Shown here: one piece after another, positions 38,501 through 51,661 of the stretch
How positions within the stretch are numbered: position 1 is the stretch's first letter
Layout: each line of letters starts with the position of its first letter
Assembly: GCA_002633005.1 (NCBI GenBank)
Contig: NMRA01000099.1
Span: 257,086-321,085 of the forward strand
DNA from: Phoronis australis
Taxonomy: Eukaryota > Animalia > Phoronida
Direction of reading: 5' to 3'
DNA: 64,000 nt
Notes under the pieces: model-generated
Databases searched by the model: none
Seen by the model: the letters and a program-made list of their open reading frames with translations, nothing else
What the model was told of the DNA's origin: nothing
Program-made: the position numbers and the translations under genes

Positions 38501-39208
38501 GTTTCAGTGTTTTTGTTTGTAACGGGAATCTCATCACGATTGTAATGAATATTATGGGATTGATTTTATGACAATAAAAGGCCAAATTTGATTTTCGGTT
38601 TTTAGGCTGCTAAGCAAGGCGAAATGTATTGACTATACGAAATGCAGCTTTAAATCCACGAGTCTTGGAAACGAACAAAACAGAACTAATGACATGTAAT
38701 TTATTTAAGAAATCGCGTATATTGTTTGGGTAAGGAAGCGTTGGTTAGCTAAGCTTATTGTAGCCTTTATATGACTGGGTTTACAGAAAATGCATGGTTT
38801 CCCATTTCGGTGTTTCTGTAAAAGAAACATCTTATGCCACTGTTTTACGTTATCGAAACCCGACACAAGTCTACGAGGTCGCGGACTGAAAGCACTTTCC
38901 TAATGCTCTTTGTCGACAGACCCTACAATGTCGCCGACTATTGCCAACGGTAAGGGGATTATCGCGGATTACACTTTACCCGCTGTAAACGACCGATTGC
39001 TGAGATCAACTAAGAAAATCAGACATCAGCTTCACAATGAGTTCACTTCTTTCGAAAGTTACGATTGACAATGTATAGGAACGTCTAGGAATAAAAAAAT
39101 GTAATGAACCCAGAGAGTAGCTTTGTAAACAAACAAAATGAGCGTTGAGCAGCTTGCTTACATATTCTTGCATCCAACATGACGTTTAATTTTCTTCCTT
39201 CTTTTCAG

Positions 39209-39476
39209 GAGAATGTTCCCCATATTCAAAATCGATGTGAAAGGTCTCGACCCCAATTCCAAGTACATCTTGTTAGTAGACCTCGTTCCCACTGACAGCT
39301 GTCGCTACAAGTACCATAACTCTCGGTGGATGGTGACGGGCCGGGCGGAGCCACACGTGCCAAGTCGGCTGTTCATCCACCCAGACTCTCCCGCCACTGG
39401 TTATCACTGGATGAGACAGCCGGTGTCATTCCACAGGCTGAAATTGACAAACAACAATTTAGACCAGTCAGGGAAT
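39209..39476 (+). CDS. T-box gene exon 3 (RMFP...GLDP...RYKY..W...[19 protein letters not shown])
   Basis: Canonical T-box core; tttcag| and |gtaggt junctions. Confidence 0.96.
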
Positions 39477-39567
39477 GTAGGTATTCGCCTAAAACACAGG
39501 GTTACTATTTCTTTTGATTTCACCGACAGTTTGGAATACAGAATAAAGGCCAGTGCACTCGATAGTA

Positions 39568-41176
39568 TTTTTTTGCGTCTACATATGTGTATGTGGGTGC
39601 ATATTGCCGTCATCTCTATCTGTCCGGGCGTCAGGCGTCCGCAGCTGTATCTCCTAAACCCCTCACAGGATCTTCATGAGAGTTGGCAGATGTGTTCCTA
39701 TGAAGCTAACGACGAATGACAACGAATTTCAGAAGGACCCAACTACTGGTGTACCCCCTAGTGGCAATTTTAGTTTTTTAAGTTTACCCCTCTGTATTTT
39801 CAAAGGTCCTCAACGGATTTTCATGATACTAGACTCATAGGCATTTATTAATGAGATGACGCTATCCTCCCGTTTTCGGATGGATTCGACATATTTTGCG
39901 CTACCTAGTGGCTATTTTTACTGTTTTCTAGTCTGTGTTTTGGCGTCCATCCATCTATCAACCAAACCGCTCTAAGGATGATTGTGAAAATTGTGTTGTA
40001 TTTTCTTAGTGTGAAGAGGGCGGTTGAAGATGATTTTTCGACGTCGACTAGTGTGGTTCTTCCTGGTGGCAGTTATGTTTGATTTTGCGCCTGTGGCTGT
40101 ATCTCGTAAACGCTCTGCAGGATCTTTATTAAATTTAGCAAGTATATGTATAAGAAATTGACAACGGACGACGACAACTTTCGGACGGATCGGACTACCG
40201 GCAACTTTAGTTTTTTTTACGTTCACTTTTGTATCATGAAAGAACCTCAACGGGTTTTCATAAAATTTGGCAGATAGGCATTTATAAGTGAGATGACGTT
40301 TTCCTTCCGTTTTCGGATAGATTCAAGGTATTTTTCTCCACCTTGCGGTCGTTTTTACTGTTTTTAGCGTTCGCCACTCTATCATCTAAACCACTCTAAG
40401 GATTTTAAAAATTGGCATATCTGTTCCCTCTGTTAAGAGAACGGCTGACGGTGATTTCCCGATGACTTCGACTACTTTGGCGCCTCCTAGTGGCAGTTTT
40501 GTTTTTTTGTGCGCCCACAGCTTTATCTCCTCAACCCAGTGCAGGAGCTTTATCAAATTTAATGCAATTATATGAAGTTGACAACCGACGACAACGGCTT
40601 TCCCACATATCCGATGATTGCTTTGCCTCCTAGTGGCAATTTAATTTTTTCCGTTTTCGTTAGTCTGTTTTTCTGAAGTCCCTTAACGGATATCTATGAA
40701 ACTTAATAAATAGCTTTCTATTGAAGAAATGATGACATATTCTCGTTTTCGGATGGACGTACTTTGCGCCATGTAATGGTCATTTTTATTGTTTTCGGGT
40801 CTGTTTTTTGGCTTCCGCCACTCTATCAACCAAACCGCTCTAATGATGATTGTGAAAATTGGCATACATGTTCTTAGTGTAAAGAGAACGGTTGACGACG
40901 ATTTTCCGACGACTTGAGGACTGTGGCGCTTCCATAGCTTTATCTTCTAAACTGCATGATCATTTTTTTCTGTTTTCCTCTGTTTCTCTAAAGCTGCTTG
41001 ACGGATTTTTATGAAATTTGGTAAATAGCTTTCGATGACATGTTGCCGTATTCGGATAGATTCGACATATTTTGCGCCATTTTCGGCCATTTTTAGGACA
41101 CGAATAAACATCCCTAGAAGCACACTGTTTGCAGTGCATTCGTGGGCGCATTTCAACGCTCCGCGTTGCTCTTGTT
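39568..41176 (+). mobile_element. Helentron-associated non-autonomous (HINE-like) element with internal ~145-165-bp repeats
   Basis: T-tract start plus hairpin ctacatatgtgtatgtgg, gtcc-type microsatellite remnant, periodic cctagtggc units, CTCTTGTT end; homologous to the inverted copies at 45577-46479 and 55929-57205. Confidence 0.7.
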
Positions 41177-41680
41177 TATAGAGAGGTATGAGGTTTTTTA
41201 TCAGCCTCAAGTACTGTCAAATGAAACCATCCACACCTAAACAGTTCATAAGAGAGACTACACGGCTCGTCTCTATTCTGGCTCACGATTGGTTGTAAAA
41301 ATGTCGTCGAGTAACTTAGGAACTATGGTTGGCTTTCTCAACGAGGTGCCTTTCACACAAGTCAATACTTTTGTCTTTCACTTTTATTTCCTCGTAAATG
41401 TGCACCCGGTAATGACAACACCTTTCTAAGCTCTCTCCCTCTGCTTACATTGCGTTGGTGTTAATTTATAGTAAAAGTGCAGAACCAACAAACCCTATCC
41501 TACAAACTGAATAAATGTCTTGGAACAGAACATTATGGACATAATAATAATAAAATGCCAGCACTTTTAAATGCGGAAGTAACGGTACCTATCAGTCTAG
41601 TCAACTCACGTGACTTTCCGAATAAAGGAGGTTATACAGTCAGGAAGAGCATTTTCAGCTTACAAGAAACCGACTGCATT

Positions 41681-41818
41681 GTGCAAGCCCAAATTGTCAC
41701 ATAAAATTGTGACAATTTGGAACAATTGTGACAATTTGGATCTGAAGCGCTGATCCAAATTGTTACAATTTTGAAGCTGTGACAAATTTGGGACGTGGTG
41801 ACAATTTGGGCCTGCACG
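41681..41818. mobile_element. Small MITE with gtgacaattt sub-repeats
   Basis: GTGCAAGCCCAAATTGTCAC ... GTGACAATTTGGGCCTGCAC inverted termini. Confidence 0.75.
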
Positions 41819-42690
41819 CTGGGGGCCGGAACGAGGCTAGACATAGCGCATAGGCTACTTGGCATCAAACTCTTTCGATCCAAGCTTGTGTAACGAATCT
41901 GACGTACCTCCCCCCGTAAGGTTTCTAGTTTCGTCTTATATCTGAAATTTTGATAATTGACTTTGGTCACGACAAAACACAAAGCACTCACAGTACAACT
42001 AGGTTTGACAAGACGTCTTTTGAGGAAACATGTTTCATATTTCCCGACAACTGGCAGTTTTGTCGTCGAGCTGTCGTGATCGATTTTTCAGGACATTGTT
42101 GGCGACGAAATATCGTATAGCATAGGCCAGTGTAGTCTGGTCCTCAGTGTCGTCAGTTGCCAAAATTACAGTAACGTACGAATGTGTCTTTTCCAATATT
42201 TTTTTCTCTACGAACAGTCCGTTGTCATTCATTCTTGAGCCATTTTCTTGATGAACCATCAGAAATAAAAGATTTGAATGAATTTCGGTTAACTTTGATT
42301 AAATTGATGTCGTGCAGAGGGAACATTTTTGTGAATAAGTTACGAGTAAATTGATTCCCGTCAATGTTTGTCGTGTACATACTTTTTACCAAAAATGAAG
42401 TGGGACAAGCTTCTTTAAGGAAATTCATTTCGCAATGCCTACCTGGTGTTGATGGAAAAGGGATTTAGATAACCATTTCAAAATCTTAAGGAACTAAGAA
42501 TCTAAACGTATCAAATTTTTTTCTTTTTTTTGAAGCAAATAAACGGAACCTGTATTTTACCCGTTGCCTAGACATCCCAGGTTCTACTTTGTATTTTTGT
42601 TCTTACTTTCAAAAATTTCCTCGGTCGTCACAATATCGACAGAAACATAATTATTGAGGTTAACATTACTTGTGTTTGTTTATTCTATAG

Positions 42691-42905
42691 GTGATTCTCA
42701 ACTCAATGCACAAGTATCAGCCTCGCTTTCACATTGTTCAAGCGAGCGACCTCTTTTCCGTTCGCTGGAATAACTTTCGAACATTCATCTTTAAAGAGAC
42801 CAGTTTCGTCGCAGTAACTGCATACCAAAACGAAAGAATAACACAACTAAAGATCGACAATAACCCGTTTGCTAAAGGATTTAGATGCAATGGTATGAGC
42901 AGAAG
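42691..42905 (+). CDS. T-box gene exon 4 ([11 protein letters not shown]...[25 protein letters not shown]); Tbx6/16-like
   Basis: Invariant T-box C-terminal motifs; [19 protein letters not shown] segment recalls Tbx6/16 (VegT/spadetail type); ctatag| and ag|gtatgt junctions. Confidence 0.96.
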
Positions 42906-43713
42906 GTATGTAAACCTATATCGTATACAAACCTATGGAGCCGACATTTAATTCACCGAAGTTGCGAACATGAACCTTGACCTTACCTCACAAAACAGTT
43001 ATTGGATTAGACCAATTATTGTTATGAACTTGATCTCAAATTGTTCCTTAGTCAAAATAGATGTGATCTTGCCCTGGAAAGAAACTGCAAATTGTAATTG
43101 CTTGAGAGTGGTTTTTACAAGTTGAGTTGCCACGACTTGTTATTGGATTCACCGAACATGGTCTTTAGCATTGACGAAGCAGCAGTTACTTGTAAGACCA
43201 AACATCACCCTATTGAGAGCAACTTAAAAGTCAGTCAGAAATTAACTTCTGTGACGAAATTTGGATATGTTTCCGCATTGACTACCGCTATGTGCAACAA
43301 TAAAACGTGTCCAATTGCTGTGAACTGACGAAACAATTTCTTTTTTTTTCAAAATTGTACGCCTGTCTGAATTTCTTCGTATTGAATTACATCGGGAACA
43401 ACGAAATTGTGACAGAACTCAGAGCCTGACAATTCAAAAGATGAAGAGCTTATAGACACTAACAGTTTTTCCTGTTTTAAATTGCCAGGTTCTGAGAAAT
43501 CACATTTTCGTTGTTTTTTGATAACGAATATAATCATCTGTGCGCACGTATGTCCGAGGCAATGGCTACAGCCCAATGTTGTGTTTTGTAAGAATATTTA
43601 GCTTTGGGCGACAAAATTGTGAATAATTTGATGATGACGAACCAACAATACTGCTTTCAGTTGATAAAACCGAATTCGATTTTCTGATGGCATTGCAAAC
43701 ATTTCCATTTCAG

Positions 43714-43775
43714 AGATCCCAAAATCGGTTTCAAGCGGACATCTTTGTCGAAGAATGAACAGCGTTATACTGAAG
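43714..43775 (+). CDS. T-box gene exon 5 (DPKIGFKRTSLSKNEQRYTE)
   Basis: tttcag| phase 2, g|gtacgc phase 1; the only exon found that bridges the phases of exons 4 and 6. Confidence 0.7.
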
Positions 43776-44228
43776 GTACGCTAAAGGTCTTGACTGGCAA
43801 ATGTTTCATTGTCACAAGAAATTTTCTAAAACAGATCCAGGCAGTTTTCGTAGGTATACTCGTGTGCTTACTTTCGGGGCTGGACCAATAGTTTGCACGA
43901 TTTTCCAAAATAAATCTAGCAAAATAAATCAAGATCTTTTGAGAGGAATATGAAAATGTTTATTTCCGAATATTTATGTGCTAATTTCGATAAAGCTATA
44001 CCCAATTTCTTTGGATTTTACCTGTCAAGCCGCACTTATTCAAAAGTTGTAACAAATATTGTTTTGCAGCTATCATCCAACAATGACACAACAATAGTTA
44101 CTATTTTAAGAACGCCAATTTGTCGTAAGCTATAATTTGATCTATCTTATAGTAATAAGTTATCACTGCGCCACTAGATTACTAGTCACTGAGTAGCACT
44201 TATAATTGCACTCTATCGATTTTTGCAG

Positions 44229-44500
44229 GAGAAAGTAAGAAGACAAAAAACGACCGAGACAGTGGAACTTGTGAAAATAAACAAAAGGACAAGCACGTGA
44301 ATTTCGACAAAATTCCCAATGCACCTGTCGGACAGAACTCATTTTTCCCTGGACATTATAGACAAAATTTGTTTTTTCCCTTCGTGAGTCCCGCCCAACC
44401 CGTGCCCTCCGGTCCTGTCATGTATGGGGCTTCCCTTGGTGCAGGGCCAATGACGTTTGGTGGGCCATTTAGCTGCTACTCGTCGAGCATAGCCACGTGA
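44229..44500 (+). CDS. T-box gene exon 6 (Pro/Phe/Gly-rich C-terminus); total CDS 1212 nt = 403 aa
   Basis: ttgcag| acceptor, open to TGA at 44498-44500, followed by several AATAAA. Confidence 0.75.
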
Positions 44501-45576
44501 ATAAAAACGGGAGTGGCCTTCCGTGCAGTTCATGATTCTTATTGAACAATAGACACGACGATGATCAATGTTTTATGCTGTAAAATAAAATGTAATTTTA
44601 ATTAATCTTTATTGGACTAAAATAAGCTATTTTAAAAATAAATTTCTTTGCGGTTAGTTACCTTCTCCTTCCACATAATGGGAAGGGGGCGCTACTCCAT
44701 ACTTTCAAAACCCAGAACGCAGGGCAATCGAGGAAAACTGGTAGACATTGCCAAGTGATGGAGATTCGTATCTGAATTACCCGATATAGACTGCCACAAT
44801 TCTGCAAATCCGAATCATCCAGCCCAGACGACACCGGAGAAACCTTGTCGGAGAGGACAAAACCCCAACCCCAGTTCGTGGCACATTTATACCAACCTCA
44901 GAGGAGCCCTCCGCTCTAATTCGAAGAATCAATACTTTGTATGCAAAATTCTTGTTGACCTTGACCTTGAATAAGACTCACGCTGAAACGATTTTCACCA
45001 TTTCAAACGTCAAAAAGGCTCATTTGACGATTGAATACTCTGAACGCCATTTAAAAACCTTTAATAGTTGTACATGGAAAGTTAAAAACATTATCGTCTT
45101 TTAAAACGTTATACCTTGTCAGTCTTTTAGAACTTTACACAAGTGAAATCCGCAACGGCGTGACGAGCTTGGTCTACCAGGTTTTTCTAAATCAGAACTT
45201 GGTTGACAAGAAAGCCTCTTGAACAAAAAATCCGGTCAAGTCAAAAACACGAAGGACGAGACACGCACAAGTTGTTTTAAAATTTGTCAAGACACAGAGG
45301 CAAACGTGATAAAAACATTAGGATGCACAAAGGAAGTCGGATTCATCCATATGTTGTTGAGTTAATAAGAATACACTTGCTAAATTTCCAATGAACTTGA
45401 AAAGAGTTCAGACGCGTAAAATGCCACTAGGGGGCACCGCGGTAGTTGGAACAATCTGAAAATCCACTACAGCAGCCGTGCTCTTGTCAGTAGGAACACG
45501 TCTGCCTATTTTTATAATTATCCTCCGAGCGGAGTAGTGAATATAGAGGCAGACGATAAAAAATAACCAAAATAAT

Positions 45577-46479
45577 AACCAGAGCAACGTGGAGCGTTAA
45601 AATGCGCCCACGAGTGCATTGCAAATGGTGTGCTTTTAGGGTTATTTATTTGTATCATAAAAATAGCTACTAGATGGCGCAAAACATACATTCCATCCGA
45701 AAACAGGAACATGCCATATTTCATAAAAATCTGTCAAGGAACTTCAGAGAAACAAAGAATAACAGAATAAAACGAAACTGCCACTAGTGGGCACAGTGTC
45801 ACTTGGATTCGCCTTTGAAGACACTAAGTTAAACTTAAAAAACTAAAATTGTCACTAGGGGGCAGATCAGTAGTCAGATCTGTCCGAAAGACGTCGTCAT
45901 CCGTAGACAACAACATATAAATACACTTCCTAAATGAAGTAAAGATCCTGCGAACGGTTTAGGAGATAGAGCCATAGACGCAACAAAAACAAAACTGCCA
46001 CTAGGAGGCGCCACAGTAGTCAAAATCGTCGGAAAATCATCGTCAACCGTCCTCTTTATACTAGTAAGCACATACATGCCAATTTTCACAACCATCCTTC
46101 GAGCGGTTTAGTTGATAGAGGGGTGGACGCAAAAAACAGACTCGAAAACAGTAAAAATGGCCACTAGGTGGCGTAAACTACTTCGAATCCATCCGAAAAC
46201 GGGAGGATAGCGTCATCTCAATAATAGGTGCGTGTACATACCAAATTTCATGAAAATCCGTTCAGGACTTTTGAAGATACAAAGGTAAGCGTAAAAATTA
46301 AAATTGCCACTAGGGGGCACACCGGTAGTCAGATCCGTCCGAAAGTTGACTCATACCGTCTCATTCACGAATGGAACATATGTGCCAAATTTCATGTTTT
46401 GGAGATACAGCAGCGGACACCGGACGGACGGAGATGACGGCATAATGCGTCCACATATAAATATGTGGGAGCATAAAAA
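45577..46479 (-). mobile_element. HINE-like element copy 2, flanked by further fragments of the family (~45300-45530, 46500-47000, 47540-47840)
   Basis: agagcaacg...aatgcgcccacga start; gccactagRDGGC units; ggacggacgg microsatellite; hairpin ccacatataaatatgtgg plus A-tract end. Confidence 0.7.
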
Positions 46480-49121
46480 TAGCGATAGATGACACAGAAC
46501 ACGTGACGTAGAATGCATCCCAAAACGGAAAGGTGTTATCGTCTTCACACTAGTTGTTTGCCAATTTTCATGAAAAACCATCAAGTCACAAGTGAAAACT
46601 AAAATTGCCATTAGATGACACAGCGGGAGTCATAGTCATCCAAAAGGCATGGACAGCCGTTGTCACCTTTATAGAAAAACAATTGCAAAATTTCACAACA
46701 GTACTGAGAATTGAAGAAATACTGTAGTGTCCGAAAACAACATCACCACGAGGTGAGCCACAGAAGTCACATCCGTTCACAAATCAACGTCAACTATAAG
46801 GCTTCTCATCAGGAACACACCTGCTAAATTTTTCATAATTATCATGGTTTGGCAGACAAAGAGGAGGAAACCAAAAACATTGAAAAATAATAAAGACCAC
46901 TAGGTGCCAAAGAATCCTAGAATCCATCCGAAAATGAAATGACATCGACGTATCCTTAACAGAAACCTATTTGCAAAATTTCACAAAAATCCATCAAGCT
47001 CCTAAGATACACAAAAAAAATGAAAGAGCTCCGAGCAAAGCTTGGCGAAATTAACCAAAAAAAAAACACGTTAGAGATGACCAGAAAAGACGACGACAGA
47101 GATGATGACGAAGATGACAGCTATGACGACGATCGTGGCGATGATGGACAAAGCAAGTTATATCATTCATATGACGAACGTAGAGGTCAGAAATCACTAA
47201 GAAATGGGCTAGTCTTGAGCGACATTTGGCGAAATTAACGTCGAAGATATGATGGTGGTGGAGATGATGAACATCATCATAACATTCATATGATGAATTT
47301 AGATGTCATAAATCAATAAGAAATAGGCTACAGTCTAGTTCAATAGAAGCTAAACCAACATCAATGCAGGAAGAGCGCTCAACAAAGGAACAGCGTTATC
47401 AGAAAATCTCAAATACCGGTAACTCGATAAGTAGACGTCCTAGCGAAAAATGGAAAACATCTCCTGAAAGCCCGTTCAAAACTCTATCTAAATTGATAGT
47501 ATCACACAACATAGAGATGAACGAAAAAATATAAAATTGTCGTTGAGTTGCAGTGGTAATCAGATCCGTCAGAAATGTCACAGTAAAATTGCCAAATTTC
47601 ACAAATATCCTGCAATAGATTACGGAGACACAGACGCAGACAGAAAAACGACACCAATCAAGGAACTCCAAAGATACAGAGGCAAACGGAAAAAAATTAA
47701 TTGCCACCAGGGGGCACAGTGGTAACCGGATTGGTCCAAAATTAGTCGCCATCTGTAGTCAGCTTCATATGAACGCATCTGCCACATCTTATGAGCCTGA
47801 AAAGGGTTCAGGAGATACAGCGACAGACGTTGGAGACCCAAACAGAGCTAATAGTAATATTTAATTTGCACCTACATGTACATACCTGGGCCCATAAGAA
47901 CAACAGGATGATTAAAAGCAGCTTCAGCACACACAAAAAACACTTCAGGGTTCTATCATAAAAACAAATATATTTATTTACATTACAAAACCAAAATCTA
48001 AAAACGAATGCACTTTACATACAATGTACAGGAAGTTGGGAAAGGAAGAAAACTAAAATCCCATTCAATGTACACTTTGACTAGCTCCAATACAAACAGT
48101 ACAGTTTAACTACAACTAACTAGGACAAGGTTTTACTAACTACACAAGCCAAAGGAGGGAAAATGTTATCCAAACACTTTTTTAAATGTATAAGTGAAAG
48201 ATCAATGAAACTGAATCACTGCCTTATACACATTTGCACTATTTTTTATTATCAAACTTTCAAAGTTTAATCCAGTTAATAATCCTCAACTCTCATTGGC
48301 TGTGTCTGAAGAAAGATTTGCTCATGGTTCAGTCTGGTAAGAATCTGCCCAGACTGAATTTAAGATATTAATGTCATTAACAGCTTTGCCATAACATAGT
48401 CATTCTAAGTAATATACATGTAACTAAGTTATGTACCAGTCTTCTATGTACACATTTTTTTTACTTAAATGACAAAAATAACAAAATAACCTTTTTCCAT
48501 GTATAGTATACCCTCTATACAGTACAGATAGATTTCTTATTATGATATTAAAAGTCTCACTGAGAAGGTAGAAACAGGTGTGTACAAATAAAAACACAGA
48601 CTCCTAGGTTCACTTCATGAAAATATTTTCCATATTTTAAGAAAACCCATAGTTTTACACTGACTGGTCTAAACAAATTTGTTTACAGGAACATGCTAGG
48701 AGATGGGATTGCTATGATCATTAGCCGAGTTCAAACTTGATTAACAAAATCATGTACCCAGTGTAACAACAGGACCAGAAAATTTACGAACTTTACAAGT
48801 AAAATGTGTTCACCAGCATAAGCACTGCACAAAAAAAAGAAATGTATCAGTTCAAAATAGGATTACAAGTAAGCATATTTCATCTGTTCTGATGCTGCAG
48901 ATGGGAACAAAATTGTTTTTTCTAGTGTAATTAAGTTAACAGTGGAATATATTGAAGAGCTTTGCCAATTTTGAATACTCAAGGGCAGCACGCGCACCCA
49001 ACACTTTGGGCCTGTCAACTGCTCCAGTGTCGCAAAGATGCACAAAATTTCAGTACTGACATAATCATCTTACCACACTTCTGCATACAATTCTCCAAAT
49101 GCACTATGACTAGACCTGTTG

Positions 49122-49315
49122 TGAAATAATTAGAAATCACAACTTTCAGAACTGTCGGTGTTCATAAATTTTCCCGGGCACCAGTCAGTCGTCAATAACA
49201 AGTAGCAGCTCGGTGGCTCCGAAACGTCAGGAAAATTATTTTACAGTAAGTTCCCGAAGTTGTGATTTGTAATTTTTTATCATCTAGTTATTCACCTGGA
49301 TGAACGTTAACATTC
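49122..49315 (+). mobile_element. Probable Penelope-type terminal-repeat fragment with inverted repeat and degenerate hammerhead-like motif
   Basis: aattagaaatcacaactt / aagttgtgatttgtaatt inverted pair; ...agc..ggtggctccGAAACGTC...; ends in acctggatga. Confidence 0.4.
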
Positions 49316-50275
49316 CTCCTCTACCACCAGAACAGACATGTTACCGCAAGAAAATATATCAAAACTACCCAGGGGTCCTGAATAGTCCAATGACAACGCA
49401 GGACTAAAACACAGAACACCATAGACTAGGACAATTTATACACCTATTCTATTGGCACTGTTAGTTATGTCTAAATTTAGACTAAAGACCCTTCGAGTTT
49501 GTGGCCTTAGGATTCTCCTACTACACTAACTAATGTAGACATTATGATTTTCCACAATAACTGACGTAATTCAGGGAATTGGACTTCTTTTGTGGAAGTA
49601 GTTTTCCAGAGCAGTTCACAAATTTCAGAAACAGATACCTCAGTTCTGATATTTTTGAATTTTACTTATGAAACGCAAAGAGTAAAACAATTCGCAGAAC
49701 ACATTCAGTTTACTTAATACTTTGAATGGCAATATGGAATTTGCTTATTTAAGAAACAAAAAAATGAATTTTAGGTTTGCTTTATTTTATTTCTTACACA
49801 ATTGGCACCAAATATTTTCTGCAAAGCAAGCTCTGAAAAAGACAAGTTCTGTTTGCCAACCAACATCCACACAGAGGATTTAGTGGCCAATAAGCTCTCA
49901 AGACGAAGATTTATTGACCAATCAGCTGTCACAACAAGGATTCAGTGGAAAACCACGAGTTTCTCAACTAAGGTTTCCAAACTAAGACTCATTGAGCAAT
50001 CAGCTGCAGCATGCATTGGTCACTCTGGTCTCACAATGAAGGAGCATGGGCCAATCAGTTCTTGTGATAAATGTCTGTTGGCCATTCAGATTTCACAATG
50101 AATACTCTTTGATAATTAAGTTTGGTGAATGAATGAAGAGTTTTTGAAATTGAGTAGCTTTCCTGAAGATTCACCATCCAATCAGAAGCCCAAGGCATTG
50201 TCAATCACCTCTCATGATGAACATCTATTGGTCAATCACTAATTCCAAGGGTAATGTTCATTGGTCAATCAACTC

Positions 50276-50371
50276 TCATGAAGAAGACTCATTGGCCAAT
50301 GCTTGTCGTACACAGGCTTCTAGCAATTCATCAACTTGTTCTGTGTCTGCCTCGGAATCAATGTCAAAATC
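50276..50371 (-). CDS. MORC2: MORC2 last coding exon (DFDIDSEADTEQVDELLEACVRQALANESSS*)
   Basis: gtctag| acceptor phase 0; corresponds to the MORC2 C-terminal D.DI....E.D..(I/L)E motif. Confidence 0.82.
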   Translation of the reverse strand, partial: DFDIDSEADTEQVDELLEACVRQALANESSS

Positions 50372-51544
50372 CTAGACAAGAAAAATCATATTGATAAAAA
50401 TGGGCCAATAGATTCACTTGCAGTCCAATCTATTACTGGATATACAAAAACACTAAAGCACAGCAAGAAACAATGACTTCTCGTGTACTACAACACAAGC
50501 ATATGTTAATCCCAAACTACAAACCACATGTTGGCCACATCACATGACCTAACATAGTTTCATAAAGATTTCTGCCCCAACCGGGACCTGGGACCTTCTG
50601 CTATCCGCGCTGACACTCTAGTCCTCTGAGCCATTGGGACCACCAGTCAAACACAAACTTAATAGTGAACATCCTGCCCTTGAACTCCTAAGTGGATATG
50701 AATAATTATGTAAATCGCAATTATTTTTTAGTATGGTGTGCACGCCACCTGTTGGCCACATCACATGACCTAACATAAGGTGACGTGCGGACAAGACTTT
50801 TTGTGATCTACATTTCCATGCTGGTATACACATTCATATACACTCCGGAGTTCAAGGGTGGGATGCCCACTACTACGTCTGATTGGATTTCTGTGTTCGA
50901 TCCATGTTCCTGATGGCTCGTTGGAGTAGAGCGATTGCACGATTAACAGAAAGTCCTGGTTTTGAGTAGTGTCGCTAATTTTTTTTCAGACTTATAAATG
51001 TTTGTGATCTATAGTAATGTTGCACGCTGGTTTAAGATTAACACATTCATGAAGAGACAAGGATCACTCTGTAAAAGTAAACAGGTGCGCTATACTCCAG
51101 TCGTTAATCAGCATGAGAATAGAGTACTCAGTGCTTACAAATACCACATAAAGTACCTCCTAAAGAAAAAGATGGTTATGAAACTCACCACAGACAACTA
51201 TTACAAACAAGAGACACAAAGTGACCACGGCAAAAAACTACCATTCTGGTATCAGCTTTCACGACTACGTTACTCATTTCCATGACAACAGATTTAAATT
51301 CCATAACACACTGTTGACTTACAATTCTCAGTATTCTAGCTTCCCAAAATCATGAACATGACTTAAAATTTTAAAAGAAAATAATCAATTTAAAGTGATC
51401 AATGTACTTTCAGTGTTTAGCAAAATAACACCACAGTTTCCCAATAGCATAGTGGTCACATGCCATCTTTGAGATACAAAGAGGGCACCGTCCAAAGCTC
51501 GGGTTTAAGTGGTACAAAACAGTGTAAAGGGTATTGAGTATTAC

Positions 51545-51661
51545 CTCATTTATTGTTTTCAGTAACTTTGCAATCATCCTGCGGACGCTGGATAACTTTT
51601 CTTTAGCAGCCTGGGCTTCATTGCGATATGTGGTTGCATCATTTTGAAAGTTATTGACAAG
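51545..51661 (-). CDS. MORC2: MORC2 exon, C-terminal coiled coil (..AKEKLSSVRRMIAKLLKTINE)
   Basis: ttccag| and |gtaata junctions, 39 codons; resembles EEKL..LR..I..LL....E. Confidence 0.87.

Noticed and set aside
47020-47238. Acidic Asp-rich 72-aa ORF
   Set aside because: Low-complexity GAY repeat among repeat fragments; no splice or homology support.
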